Below, piece by piece: positions 1-10,144 of a DNA stretch of 38,381 bases (position 1 is its first letter; each line of letters begins with the position of its first letter). Made by a program: the position numbers and the translations under genes. The stretch lies in IMG/VR virus record IMGVR_UViG_2909303794_000008. One strand, 5' to 3'. The stretch comes from a virus. Its lineage: Duplodnaviria; Heunggongvirae; Uroviricota; Caudoviricetes. The notes beneath the pieces are model-generated. The model was not told the DNA's origin and made no database searches. It saw only the letters and a list, made by a program, of their open reading frames with translations.

Positions 1-258
1 ATGCAAACCGTTATTTTTGGTCGTCCGGGTTGCCCTTACTGTGTGCGTGCAAAAGATCTGGCTGAGAAATTGAGCAATGAACACGATGATTTTCAGTATC
101 ACTATGTAGATATTCGTGCGGAAGGGATCACTAAAGAAGATCTACAACAAAAGGCAGGTAAACCCGTAGAAACCGTGCCGCAGATTTTTGTCGATCAGCA
201 ACATATCGGCGGCTATACCGATTTTGCTGCATGGGTGAAAGAAAATCTGGACGCCTGA
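1..258 (+). CDS. grxA: glutaredoxin 1
   Basis: 85-aa ORF with CPYC active-site motif (GRPGCPYCVRAK); recognised as E. coli GrxA; ATG start, TGA stop at 256-258. Confidence 0.95.
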   Translation: MQTVIFGRPGCPYCVRAKDLAEKLSNEHDDFQYHYVDIRAEGITKEDLQQKAGKPVETVPQIFVDQQHIGGYTDFAAWVKENLDA

Positions 259-267
259 TCGTCTGAC

Positions 268-300
268 AAGCCCTCGCGTTGAGGGCTTTACTGATTTTTT
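268..300 (+). terminator. rho-independent terminator-like hairpin downstream of grxA
   Basis: stem aagccctc(268-275)/gagggctt(281-288), loop gcgtt, then T6 run at 295-300; the ybjM stop codon (288-290) lies inside the stem. Confidence 0.5.
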
Positions 301-665
301 CTGTGCTGTGGTTTAAACAAACTACTGATAAATAAGAAACACAGTGCCCCCAGCGCACACCAGAACACCGCACTTAATAACCATGCCAGCTCTTGCCAGA
401 ATGAGCGCGTCGGTGAAAAAAACAGCCGCATAATGAGCATCGAACAGGGTGCCGCCAGCATTGCGCCAAACAGAGGTTTCAGGACTTCTCTACGCTGTGA
501 AAAGAAGCTGGCGACTGCTCCAGGAAGAATGAAAAATAGCAAGCCGATTTCAGGATGCCCGGCAGCCCGAAAAGCGCCTTTCATGTGCGTCGCCAGAAAA
601 AGGCACACCACAATGAAGAGGACAAAACAGCAGATTGCCCCCGCCCAACGTTGTTTATGTTTCAC
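288..665 (-). CDS. ybjM: inner membrane protein YbjM
   Basis: 125-aa hydrophobic multi-TM protein; size and neighbourhood (between grxA and ybjL) match E. coli ybjM; start codon not verified. Confidence 0.8.
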   Translation of the reverse strand: MKHKQRWAGAICCFVLFIVVCLFLATHMKGAFRAAGHPEIGLLFFILPGAVASFFSQRREVLKPLFGAMLAAPCSMLIMRLFFSPTRSFWQELAWLLSAVFWCALGALCFLFISSLFKPQHRKNQ

Positions 666-934
666 TCGTTCCTCCTGACACTGCGTCTATCGAACACATT
701 TTTCGCCAGTGTGGCGTTCAGTAAGATAAAGCCGCTTCGCATTCCATGCTAATATAGGCCAACGCAATTCATATAGCCGTTGATACCTAATGTGATTACA
801 CTAGTAAAATATATTGTTACTTTACTATCGTTTAGGTGCGCTGAATGAATCTGCGCCCTGAATTCTGGTAAAAAACATTATCGTAAATTACCATTTCTTT
901 CAACAGCTTACTAGTAAACAAGAAGTTAGCCTCC

Positions 935-2620
935 GTGAATATAAACGTCGCCGAATTGTTAAATGGGAATTACATTCTGTTATTATTTGTGGTCCTCGCG
1001 CTTGGGCTATGTCTCGGAAAGTTACGACTTGGTTCGATCCAACTGGGTAATTCCATTGGCGTTTTAGTCGTATCGCTGTTATTAGGCCAACAACATTTCA
1101 GCATTAACACCGATGCGCTTAATCTTGGCTTTATGCTGTTTATTTTCTGTGTTGGGGTTGAAGCCGGACCGAACTTTTTTTCCATTTTTTTTCGCGATGG
1201 GAAAAATTACCTAATGTTAGCACTGGTGATGGTTGGCAGTGCGCTGGTGATCGCCTTAGGGTTAGGTAAGCTGTTTGGCTGGGATATTGGCCTGACGGCC
1301 GGTATGTTAGCAGGCTCTATGACGTCGACACCGGTTCTGGTCGGTGCTGGCGATACACTGCGTCATTCCGGCATGGAAAGCAGGCAGCTCTCACTGGCAC
1401 TGGATAATCTGAGCCTCGGGTATGCCTTAACCTATTTAATCGGTCTGGTGAGTTTGATTGTTGGTGCGCGTTACTTGCCGAAATTGCAGCATCAGGACTT
1501 ACAGACCAGCGCCCAGCAAATCGCCCGCGAACGTGGCCTGGACACTGATGCCAACCGTAAGGTTTATTTACCGGTGATCCGCGCCTATCGCGTCGGCCCG
1601 GAGCTGGTGGCCTGGACCGACGGCAAAAATCTGCGTGAACTGGGTATTTATCGACAAACCGGCTGCTACATTGAACGTATTCGACGTAACGGGATTCTGG
1701 CAAATCCAGACGGTGATGCCGTGCTACAAATGGGCGATGAAATAGCGTTGGTAGGCTATCCCGACGCCCATGCCCGACTCGATCCCAGCTTCCGTAACGG
1801 TAAAGAAGTTTTCGATCGTGACCTTCTCGACATGCGTATCGTCACTGAAGAAGTGGTCGTTAAAAACCATAACGCTGTAGGTAAACGTCTCGCACAACTG
1901 AAGTTGACCGATCACGGTTGCTTCCTTAACCGCGTCATTCGTAGCCAGATTGAGATGCCGATAGATGACAACGTCGTGCTTAACAAAGGTGACGTTTTAC
2001 AAGTCAGCGGTGATGCCCGTCGCGTAAAAACCATCGCCGATCGCATCGGCTTTATCTCGATTCACAGCCAGGTCACTGACCTGCTGGCATTTTGCGCCTT
2101 CTTTGTTATTGGGCTGATGATCGGGATGATCACCTTCCAGTTCAGCACATTCAGTTTCGGCATGGGGAACGCTGCCGGGTTGTTATTCGCCGGAATTATG
2201 CTGGGCTTTATGCGTGCTAACCACCCGACCTTCGGTTACATTCCGCAGGGTGCATTAAGCATGGTGAAAGAGTTCGGCTTGATGGTGTTTATGGCAGGCG
2301 TTGGTCTGAGCGCCGGTAGCGGTATTAATAACGGTCTGGGCGCGATTGGCGGTCAGATGTTGATTGCCGGATTGATTGTCAGTCTGGTGCCCGTGGTTAT
2401 CTGTTTCTTGTTCGGTGCTTATGTATTGCGAATGAACCGCGCGCTGTTGTTCGGCGCAATGATGGGCGCACGTACCTGCGCGCCGGCAATGGAGATCATC
2501 AGTGATACAGCTCGCAGTAACATCCCGGCGCTGGGCTATGCGGGCACCTATGCAATCGCCAACGTCCTGCTGACGCTGGCAGGGACAATCATCGTCATGG
2601 TATGGCCAGGATTAGGATAA
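935..2620 (+). CDS. ybjL: putative AAE-family transporter YbjL (two TrkA-C/RCK_C-like domains)
   Basis: 561-aa ORF with N- and C-terminal membrane halves and a soluble middle; GTG start at 935; recognised as E. coli YbjL by sequence and synteny. Confidence 0.9.
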
Positions 2621-2732
2621 AACTGAAGTTGCCCTGAAAATGAAATTTTTTTGCACAACCGCAGAACTTTTCCGCAGGGCATCAGTCTTAATTAGTGCCA
2701 CTGCTTTTCTTTGATGTCCCCATTTTGTGGAG

Positions 2733-2775
2733 CCCATCAACCCCGCCATTTCGGTTCAAGGTTGATGGGTTTTTT
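2733..2775 (+). terminator. rho-independent terminator (probably ybjL, host side of prophage junction)
   Basis: perfect 10-bp stem cccatcaacc(2733-2742)/ggttgatggg(2760-2769) followed by T6 (2770-2775); coordinates anchored on ybjL and ogr stop codons. Confidence 0.55.
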
Positions 2776-2855
2776 GTTGCCTGAAATTTAAGCTGTTTAA
2801 AATCATGATGTTAGAAACACTGTTTTTTAACGATGGCGACAAAATGGCGGCAGCG

Positions 2856-3074
2856 TCAAAGAGAGAGCGCCACCTGTCCTGATTTCATTGGATGCGGCTG
2901 AACCGGATTTGACTCTTTTGGCGTTGCAATCGAACGAACAAAAGTTTCATGGGTAACAAAAGTATGGCTGCAGTTAATGTTCTGGCACTGGTTGTAACGC
3001 TCTTTGGTCAATGAAGATACCTGAAAACTGCTGCGAGTATGGGCGGCACTTCCACACAGTGGGCAAATCATCAT
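2856..3074 (-). CDS. ogr: Ogr/Delta-type zinc-finger late-gene transcription activator
   Basis: MMICPLCGSAAH...CQNINCSHTF C4 zinc-finger pattern as in P2 Ogr; start moved to internal Met (72 aa) to match Ogr length; located just downstream of gene D as in P2. Confidence 0.8.
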   Translation of the reverse strand: MMICPLCGSAAHTRSSFQVSSLTKERYNQCQNINCSHTFVTHETFVRSIATPKESNPVQPHPMKSGQVALSL

Positions 3075-3164
3075 TTTTCGAGTTCTCCCCATTTTTGCTA
3101 AATTCACAATAATGATACCGCACTATTCCATTTTGCAAACTTAAAAGTTCTCCATTGCGAAGAA

Positions 3165-4265
3165 TCATTCCATTTCGAAATCATCAATCCTCACTTCAAG
3201 CTCCAGACTGGTCGTAAAACCGTTATCCGGGCTGACGGTATGCGTCAGAGTCGTAATGGTCCATTCCGCATCATCTATCGGCTGTTTAAAGCCACTGACT
3301 TTCACTGGCATTTCCGTGTAGAGATCTGCCCGCCCTTCTGCCAGTTGTAGCGAGAATGACGCAACGCCGCGTTGCAGGCGTTCCCACTGCATTTTCGCCG
3401 CTCGTTCGGCGTTGCTCCGGTTGGCATAAGTGCGATTAAGTACCAGCACGTTTTCATCCGTACCCACCAGGTAATCGCCCTGCTTCGCTTCTGGCTCTTT
3501 CTTCTGCTTCTTAGTTCTGCGCTTACGCTTCACCGTGGTGCTTTCTTTCTTCGCAGGTTCGCGGGTATGCAACCAGCTGGCAATTACGCCCGTGTAGGCT
3601 CCGCGATCTGCCAGGGTAAAGCGGTGACTGTCGCCGTCCTTGCGTGTGATAGTGATCACTGGCAGTGGTTTACCAGTGGCGCTTTTGCCCTGCCCCTGCC
3701 GGATGAATAGCAGATTGCCATTTTTCACCGACGCGATGGCACCGTACTGTCGCGCCAGCCGCATCAGAAAACTGCCGTCACTCTCATTAGTCTGGTCTAT
3801 ATGTTCCACGGGCTTATCCGACAGGTCTTTACCCAGCGCCATCTTCAGCTTGTGACGCGCGGCTATTTCCTTTACCACTTCCCCGACGGTGGTCTTGTGC
3901 CAAGATTTTTCACGGCGGGTATTCAGGGTTTCCCGAAAATCAGCACTTCGCGCCCGGATAGTCAGGCGGTCCGGTGCGCCAGTGTGTTCAATCTCGTCCA
4001 CCGTGAATGCCCCTTTCGGGAAAAGCGGCTGCCCCTTCCAGCCCAGCGCCAGCGTAATGACCGCACCACGGCGCGGCAGCACGATTTTTCCATCGGCGTC
4101 GTCCAGCTCCAGATCAAGCTGGTCCGCTTCAAATCCCCGGTTATCCGTCAGCGTCAGCCCCATCAGGCGGTTGTCCAGCACAGTGGTGATATCCCTGCCT
4201 TCAATACTGATGCTGAATGCCGGAGTTTTGTTGCCTTTGTTAAGCAGTTCAGAGCTGAAATTCAC
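3165..4265 (-). CDS. D: tail protein D (late control gene D)
   Basis: 366 aa, last gene of the FETUD tail operon; P2 gpD-like sequence and position. Confidence 0.85.
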   Translation of the reverse strand: MNFSSELLNKGNKTPAFSISIEGRDITTVLDNRLMGLTLTDNRGFEADQLDLELDDADGKIVLPRRGAVITLALGWKGQPLFPKGAFTVDEIEHTGAPDRLTIRARSADFRETLNTRREKSWHKTTVGEVVKEIAARHKLKMALGKDLSDKPVEHIDQTNESDGSFLMRLARQYGAIASVKNGNLLFIRQGQGKSATGKPLPVITITRKDGDSHRFTLADRGAYTGVIASWLHTREPAKKESTTVKRKRRTKKQKKEPEAKQGDYLVGTDENVLVLNRTYANRSNAERAAKMQWERLQRGVASFSLQLAEGRADLYTEMPVKVSGFKQPIDDAEWTITTLTHTVSPDNGFTTSLELEVRIDDFEME

Positions 4266-4747
4266 GACAGAAGCCCTCCCACCGTTTTACTGATATCGCT
4301 TAAGGCTGATGTTGCCGTTCCCTGCAGATTATTCAGCTGCGCACTGAGATCACCGAACATATCGGACAGGGATTCATCCACCCGTTTGAGCGACAGGGTG
4401 AACTCAATCCGGCGCGGCATACCGTCGCGGAAAAACTCCGTTTTAGTCTGCTTCAGTCCCTCAATCACATACATGCCGTAAATCGTGCCGCTGCCTTCAA
4501 TCAGAGGCCATGCTTTCCCCTGTTCTGCCATCTGCTCCAGTGCCAGCAACGACAGCCTGCCGCCTGTTATCTCCGGCATAAGAACACCGGAAAGCGTCAG
4601 CATGTCGTTGTCCGGTCCCAGAAACTGCGTGGACGGACGACGATTTACCCGGCTGTTAGCCGCATGTCGCCAGCTGCGCTGATACTGCAGTTCCTGATAC
4701 GGCACGGTGCGCAGCATAAACACGTACAATCCCAGCACCATCATCAT
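4262..4747 (-). CDS. U: tail protein U
   Basis: 161 aa; 4-nt overlaps with T and D; P2 gpU position. Confidence 0.85.
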   Translation of the reverse strand: MMMVLGLYVFMLRTVPYQELQYQRSWRHAANSRVNRRPSTQFLGPDNDMLTLSGVLMPEITGGRLSLLALEQMAEQGKAWPLIEGSGTIYGMYVIEGLKQTKTEFFRDGMPRRIEFTLSLKRVDESLSDMFGDLSAQLNNLQGTATSALSDISKTVGGLLS

Positions 4748-7700
4748 GCGTCGTATCCCCCCTGATCGCTGTAGTTACTCCTGGCCTTTGCCTTCAGCCT
4801 GCGTTCACGTTCATCAAGCTGGCGGGCCACCTCCCGCGCAATATCCTGCGCACTTTGTCCTGGCTGCGTCTGGATGATGATCTGCGTCGGTGCCTCAATC
4901 CTGTAAACGGGCGGCACAGTGGCTGCGCGACTCACAATTGCTTCTCCACCTTTCGCGGGAAGTGCCAAAGGGTGCAACGGTGGAAGCTCTGCTGGCGCGG
5001 CAGCAACTCCCATCATTCCGGTAACAACGGCAGCCAGTGCAGCTGTATTTCTCCGGCTGGTCACATTTGCCGGGCCGTTAACAATTTCCGGCCCGTTTTC
5101 ACCGACGATGCCAAACTGCCCGCGCGGGATATACCCGCCGCTGTCATACATCCCCGCAAAGCCATATCCCCATGATGGAAAACCACCCGATGGCATCATC
5201 ACTTTACCGTCTGCATTCACCGTCGCAGGTTGCTGACGCGTCACGCTTTCCGGCAGTTTTGCCTTTGCGGCCTCTTTACTGACAATGCCGAGCTTCTCCA
5301 GCAACCAGGAAACGCCGGATTTCAGGGAGTCCAGCGGATGCATGACCATATTTAGCCCTTCCGCCAGTGCCTCCCCGAATCGTCGCCCCATTGCCGCTGC
5401 ACTCTGCAGTTCGGCAGAGGTCGACTTAACGGGCGTCAGCAGATCAGTAAACCAGCCCCACAGCGCCTGTACTTTGTCGCCAATCCACTGGAACACGGGC
5501 TTAAGCGGTTCGAATGCTTCACTGACGGGACCTGCCGCCGCTTTGAATCCTTCCACCACGCCACCAAGAAATGCGGTGATGGGTTGCCAGTATTTCCAGA
5601 CAACCAGCGCCACGCCCGCCAGTGCAGTAACCACAAGACCTATCGGACTGAGCAGAGCACCTATCAGACCAGATACGGCATACAGGGCAACGCGCAGCAT
5701 CGCCAGTGGACCAGATGCCAGTACTCGCAGCACCGTGCCTGCGGCGGCCAGTCCACCGCGCAGTACCGCCAGAGGATTCATAAACATCACAGCAACAGCA
5801 CGTAAACCGGATAATCCAGACCGCAAAAGTGCAACCGGCGCACCTGCTACAGTTTTCAGGACATTTCCCGTCAGTAATGCCGTGCGGCGCAAAGACGACA
5901 ACGGCGCAGTAAGTAAACCTGCGGCGTTGCCCGATGAAGCAAGCCCGCGTCGCAGCAGTGCCAGTGGTGCGCCAGCCAGCCAGGACAACGCGCTGCTGGT
6001 TCGGGTTACTGCTGCCGTAACGGAAGGTAACGTTTTGATACCCAGCACAGAGAATCCCAGACGAATCACTGCCAGCGGCCCCAGCACTGCAGCCAGCGCC
6101 ACCGCTAAGGTTCCGAGGCCTACGGTAACCGCAGCCACCACAGCGGCTACTTTCATCAGTGTGCCTGTCAGTTCCGGGTTAGCTTCCACCCAGCGGCGCA
6201 ACGCCCCCGTGATGCTTTTCACCGTGTACAGAATATCCATCAGCGGCTGGCGCAGCGTTTCGCCCAGGCTGCTGAAGGTGTTCTGCGCTCCGGTTTTGAC
6301 CAGCAACCACTGCGCAGAAAGTGAGTCCTTGTTAATGTCGGATTCTTTCTGCATGGAGCCGAGCGCATCATTGCCCGCTGTCAGTTTTAGCTGGCGCTGC
6401 AGTTCCGGCAGGTTGTTTGCCAGTTTCGCCGCGTCATCGCCAAACTCTTTACCAAACAACATGGTCATGGCAGACAGACGTTTATCCTGCGGCAGTGCGT
6501 TCACCTTCTCCAGTACGCGCTGGATAGTTCCCATCGCATCCTTCGTCATCTGCTTTTCAATCACTTCAGGATTGAGTTTCAGCAGATTCATCCCTTCAAA
6601 GAAACTCTTGCTTTGCATGGTGGCAATGGACAATTCACGCACCATCGCGTTTGCTGCACTGGCTGCAACCTCTGGCGCAGCGCCCAGTGTCAGAAAGGTG
6701 GAACCCAGCGCCGCCGCTTTACGATAATCCAGACGATCAGCCACACCGCCCAGGCGTTGCATGACATCAATGATGTCTGCCCCTTTCGACATGGCGTTAT
6801 CATCCAGATAGTTCAGCGCATCACCGAGCTGTTCAATATTGCGGGTAGGAATTTTGTAGAGCTGGGCGATTTTCCCCAGACTTTCTGACAGTTCATCCGC
6901 TGGCAGCTCAAAGGCTGTTGCCGCCTTTGCTGCCGTACTGGCGAAGGCCAGCAGGTCACGTTTCTGGTCCTCCCAGCTGTCGTCAGGGTTTGCGACGTTC
7001 ATGCGCGCCCCACCTTCAACCAGTGCAGCGAAATCCACCGCACCGTTTTCCATCGGCAACTGTTCGCTGGCAGCCTTGATGGCATCCTGCATTTCATAAA
7101 AACGTGCAGTGCGGTTGCCATTATCGTCACGCAGACCATTGACCTGCTTTGCCACACCTTTCATGGCATCTTCCATGCTGGTATAGCTTTTTACTGCCGC
7201 CATCACTGGTGCGCCCATTGCCAGCCCTGCAGCCGTGGTGGTGGCTCCGGCACCTGCAATACGATCACGCACCTCCAGCGAACGGGCATAACTGGCACGC
7301 GCTGCATTCATCCTGCGCTGAGCTTCCCCCAGTCGCTTCAGCCGCGCCTCCTGTTTCGAAAGTTCCTGGTTATAACGTGATGTTTCACGGGCTAAACGGG
7401 CAGTTGCTCCCGCATCATCTTTCGCAGAAATTCCCGCCCGGTACAGTTCAGCACGCACAAGCGCCGTTTGCTTCTGCAAATATTTTTGTTGTTCTTCCAG
7501 GCGTTGGACTGCCAGCGTTTGCCGACCTAAAGCCACAAGATGCCTTTGTGATGGTTGCTCCATCGCCTCCAGCTCAGAGCTAAGCAAATTAGCCTTCTGT
7601 CTGGCATAGTTCAGCCTGTCGCCTAACTTCTTGTTATCAGCCTGCAGCTTGCGAAATTTTTCCAGGCTGTTACCCACCTGATTGAGTTGCTTTAATGCGT

Positions 7701-7821
7701 CACGGGAGTTTCTGATTGCGCCAGCCAGCTCTTTCGAACTGGCCTGTGCAGCACGGAATGGGCGGGTGAGTTTGTCAACCGCATTAAGAATGACCTGCAG
7801 GCGCAGGTTGTTATCACTCAT
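4744..7821 (-). CDS. T: tail tape-measure protein T
   Basis: 1025 aa, N-terminal coiled coil, Ala/Gly-rich hydrophobic middle, ATG at 7821; position after E/E'. Confidence 0.9.
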   Translation of the reverse strand: MSDNNLRLQVILNAVDKLTRPFRAAQASSKELAGAIRNSRDALKQLNQVGNSLEKFRKLQADNKKLGDRLNYARQKANLLSSELEAMEQPSQRHLVALGRQTLAVQRLEEQQKYLQKQTALVRAELYRAGISAKDDAGATARLARETSRYNQELSKQEARLKRLGEAQRRMNAARASYARSLEVRDRIAGAGATTTAAGLAMGAPVMAAVKSYTSMEDAMKGVAKQVNGLRDDNGNRTARFYEMQDAIKAASEQLPMENGAVDFAALVEGGARMNVANPDDSWEDQKRDLLAFASTAAKAATAFELPADELSESLGKIAQLYKIPTRNIEQLGDALNYLDDNAMSKGADIIDVMQRLGGVADRLDYRKAAALGSTFLTLGAAPEVAASAANAMVRELSIATMQSKSFFEGMNLLKLNPEVIEKQMTKDAMGTIQRVLEKVNALPQDKRLSAMTMLFGKEFGDDAAKLANNLPELQRQLKLTAGNDALGSMQKESDINKDSLSAQWLLVKTGAQNTFSSLGETLRQPLMDILYTVKSITGALRRWVEANPELTGTLMKVAAVVAAVTVGLGTLAVALAAVLGPLAVIRLGFSVLGIKTLPSVTAAVTRTSSALSWLAGAPLALLRRGLASSGNAAGLLTAPLSSLRRTALLTGNVLKTVAGAPVALLRSGLSGLRAVAVMFMNPLAVLRGGLAAAGTVLRVLASGPLAMLRVALYAVSGLIGALLSPIGLVVTALAGVALVVWKYWQPITAFLGGVVEGFKAAAGPVSEAFEPLKPVFQWIGDKVQALWGWFTDLLTPVKSTSAELQSAAAMGRRFGEALAEGLNMVMHPLDSLKSGVSWLLEKLGIVSKEAAKAKLPESVTRQQPATVNADGKVMMPSGGFPSWGYGFAGMYDSGGYIPRGQFGIVGENGPEIVNGPANVTSRRNTAALAAVVTGMMGVAAAPAELPPLHPLALPAKGGEAIVSRAATVPPVYRIEAPTQIIIQTQPGQSAQDIAREVARQLDERERRLKAKARSNYSDQGGYDA

Positions 7822-8250
7822 CGTTGGCCCCGCATCTCTGAATCGCTTTATACCGCCATTCCAGCACTTCGGTCAGCGGCATAACGTCAGTAACGGATGG
7901 CGGCCAGTGAAAAATGGTGGCGATATCTGCCACCAGATCGTCAACCGTCAGGCTGTCGGTAAACCGGCAAGCACCGACTTCTTCAACAAAAAAGTGACAA
8001 CCTCAACCGACATGGCTGTGAGATCTGCCGGGTCCATCTCTGCGATTTCCTGTGCAGTCAGTGCCGGACTGGAGATGCGGGGGATCACGGTCATCATCGC
8101 GTTCACATCCATATCCATAATGGCCTGCAGGCGTGTGCCGCGCAGCGCACCAGACTGCGGTTTACGCAGCACAATTTCGGTGATTTCTGTTTTACCGCGC
8201 TTGATGGGGGTATCCAGTTGAATGGTCTTTTCAGTCTGCTTATCGCTCAT
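7814..8250 (-). CDS. tail assembly chaperone E+E' (product of programmed -1 frameshift)
   Basis: slippery heptamer T TTT TTG at 7987-7993 in frame (codons ACT TTT TTG); the -1 frame stays open for 57 codons to TGA at 7814-7816, overlapping the T start (minus-strand ATGAGTGA). Confidence 0.65.
7948..8250 (-). CDS. E: tail assembly chaperone E
   Basis: 100 aa ORF, ATG at 8250 preceded by AGGA; between FII and T as in P2. Confidence 0.8.
   Translation of the reverse strand: MSDKQTEKTIQLDTPIKRGKTEITEIVLRKPQSGALRGTRLQAIMDMDVNAMMTVIPRISSPALTAQEIAEMDPADLTAMSVEVVTFLLKKSVLAGLPTA
7987..7993 (-). other. -1 ribosomal frameshift slippery site (TTTTTTG)
   Basis: minus-strand TTTTTTG 13 codons before the E stop; coordinates anchored on E and T ORF ends. 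Confidence 0.65.
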
Positions 8251-8304
8251 TTTGCTGTCCTGTAAATTGGGTTCTGGCGCGGCATTCCGCGCCGTTCAGA
8301 TACA

Positions 8305-8820
8305 TCAGAGGCCGAGTGCGTTGCGGTGCGCTTCCATCAGGTCCACACCGTCCACAATTTCCACCATGTTGATAAGGTCCACTTCATAGAGCACCTCACC
8401 ATTGATGGTCAGCTTCGCGTAGCTGTTGGTACTGGTCACTTTGGTGGTGTTGCTTTCGCCCGTCTTCCACTCACCAGAGTCAACTTCTTTGTGACGTCCA
8501 CGCACCACAAGCTCCACGGCCTGCACTTCCCCGGTATCGTCACGCTGGATAGAGCCGGTAAAGCGCAACTGGATGCCATCCACCGTGGCTTTGCCCATCT
8601 GCTTAAACAGCAGCAGTTCAGTACCACCAATGGAAAATTCTGTGTCCAGCGCACTGTCATCAAGCCCCAGATCCACATCCACTGCACCTGGCATTCCGCC
8701 GCCGCGATACTTCTCATATTTGCGGGTGAATTTCGGCAGCGTCAGCGACTCTACGATCCCCTGCCAGTTGTTCCCGTCGTTAAACAGGTTCAGATGTTTT
8801 AATTTGCGTGGTAAAGCCAT
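8305..8820 (-). CDS. FII: tail tube protein FII
   Basis: 171 aa; P2 gpFII-like size and position downstream of FI. Confidence 0.9.
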   Translation of the reverse strand: MALPRKLKHLNLFNDGNNWQGIVESLTLPKFTRKYEKYRGGGMPGAVDVDLGLDDSALDTEFSIGGTELLLFKQMGKATVDGIQLRFTGSIQRDDTGEVQAVELVVRGRHKEVDSGEWKTGESNTTKVTSTNSYAKLTINGEVLYEVDLINMVEIVDGVDLMEAHRNALGL

Positions 8821-8829
8821 GTTGTCCCC

Positions 8830-10002
8830 TTACGCGCTGACCTGGCTGGCAAAATTCACCAGATACTGATCGGTGATGCGCTGGCGCAGCATCAGATTTT
8901 CAAGTGGCGGCACTGGCGTGTAGTCGTAGTCGATGGTGAGCTTCCCGGCTTTCAGCGTGTCTTTATCGTTCACCGACTCGTCCAGCCAGCAATCACCACC
9001 AATGAGATAGCCCTGACTGACCAGGCTGCGCATTTTGGCGCGGATACCTTCGATAATGTCGCGGGCCAGCGACTGGTTCAGCGGTTTGTCCACCGCCCAC
9101 ATGTGCGCTTCTGCCATCGTGTCCATCAGCACCTGCGCCGTGCGGGTGTAGTTTTCGAAGGCAAAGAGCGGATCATCGCTCAGACAGCGGGAACCCCAGA
9201 AGCGAAAACCATCCTTGCGCACAAGCGTGGTGACGTCGTTCTGGTTCAGCAGACCTGCATCGGTTGCCGGGTCCTGCAGATCCCAGAACACATCTGCAGA
9301 AATTCCGGTGACACCGTTCACGCCCACGTTGGACAGGCTTTTGTGCCATCCGGTTTGCTCGTCAATTTTGGCGCGCAGACCAAGCGCACGGGCGGTGGCA
9401 TATGCCGTTGCTTCGGCATTCAGCACAGTGTCCCAGCCAGTAAAGTCAGGCCAGATCAGCATCCCTTCGCGCTGGCTAAAGTTTTCACGGTAAGTGATCG
9501 CCTCCTGTACCGTCTTGCAGCCATATGCTGACAGGTAAGCAAATCCACGCAGGCTTTGCGCCACGCTCAGCAACTCAGTAGCTACCGCCTTGGTGTCGTG
9601 GCCTGGCACGCCGAGAATGCGCGGTTTAACGCCGAGCTGTGACTGGGCAGATAACAGGGCTTTCATACCTGTTTTTTTACCTTCAGCAGTCACTGCGCCG
9701 ATGATATTGGTCGTGGTTTCGTCTTCCGTTTCACCCTGCGGCACACGCACAACAACGGTCACGGGTTTTGCCTGGTCAGCGATGGCATCCAGCGAACGGG
9801 CCAGCGTACCGGACTCACCCGCTTTACCGCTGGCAGTAAGCACATCAGTGATCAGCACGGGTTTATTAAGAGGGAACATTTTTGCATCGGCATCATCGCC
9901 CGTGCAGACCATGCCCACGATGGCGGTGCTCACCGTAGTAATGGATCGAGTGCCTTCGTTGACTTCAACAACGCGCACCCCGTGGTGGTAATCCTGAGCC
10001 AT
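8830..10002 (-). CDS. FI: contractile tail sheath protein FI
   Basis: 390 aa; ATG at 10002 preceded by AGGAGG; P2 gpFI-like. Confidence 0.9.
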   Translation of the reverse strand: MAQDYHHGVRVVEVNEGTRSITTVSTAIVGMVCTGDDADAKMFPLNKPVLITDVLTASGKAGESGTLARSLDAIADQAKPVTVVVRVPQGETEDETTTNIIGAVTAEGKKTGMKALLSAQSQLGVKPRILGVPGHDTKAVATELLSVAQSLRGFAYLSAYGCKTVQEAITYRENFSQREGMLIWPDFTGWDTVLNAEATAYATARALGLRAKIDEQTGWHKSLSNVGVNGVTGISADVFWDLQDPATDAGLLNQNDVTTLVRKDGFRFWGSRCLSDDPLFAFENYTRTAQVLMDTMAEAHMWAVDKPLNQSLARDIIEGIRAKMRSLVSQGYLIGGDCWLDESVNDKDTLKAGKLTIDYDYTPVPPLENLMLRQRITDQYLVNFASQVSA

Positions 10003-10078
10003 AGTGGCGAACCTCCTGATTGGATTAGGCTTCGCCCTATGTTGAAGTGATTGTGCCTGACAAACAGCTAAGCGCAGT

Positions 10079-10096
10079 TGTACCGTTATTCACACA
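10079..10096. promoter_or_regulatory. TGT-N12-ACA dyad (Ogr-type late promoter activator site) upstream of FI
   Basis: tgtaccgttattcacaca; centre ~85 bp upstream of the FI ATG. Confidence 0.5.
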
Positions 10097-10144
10097 AAAT
10101 GACGGTATTTGTCTGCTTTCAGGGATAATCAAAATAAAGCTGAG

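Noticed and set aside
433-752. Plus-strand ORFs of 81 and 65 aa
   Set aside because: Overlap ybjM on the opposite strand, with no independent support.
3801-4481. 226-aa ORF on the plus strand (also 3889-4293)
   Set aside because: Antisense to tail genes D/U, which have strong homology support.
5285-6727. 480-aa ORF on the plus strand
   Set aside because: Lies entirely antisense within tape-measure gene T; Ala/Ser/Pro/Arg-rich low-complexity translation typical of a spurious frame in GC-rich DNA.
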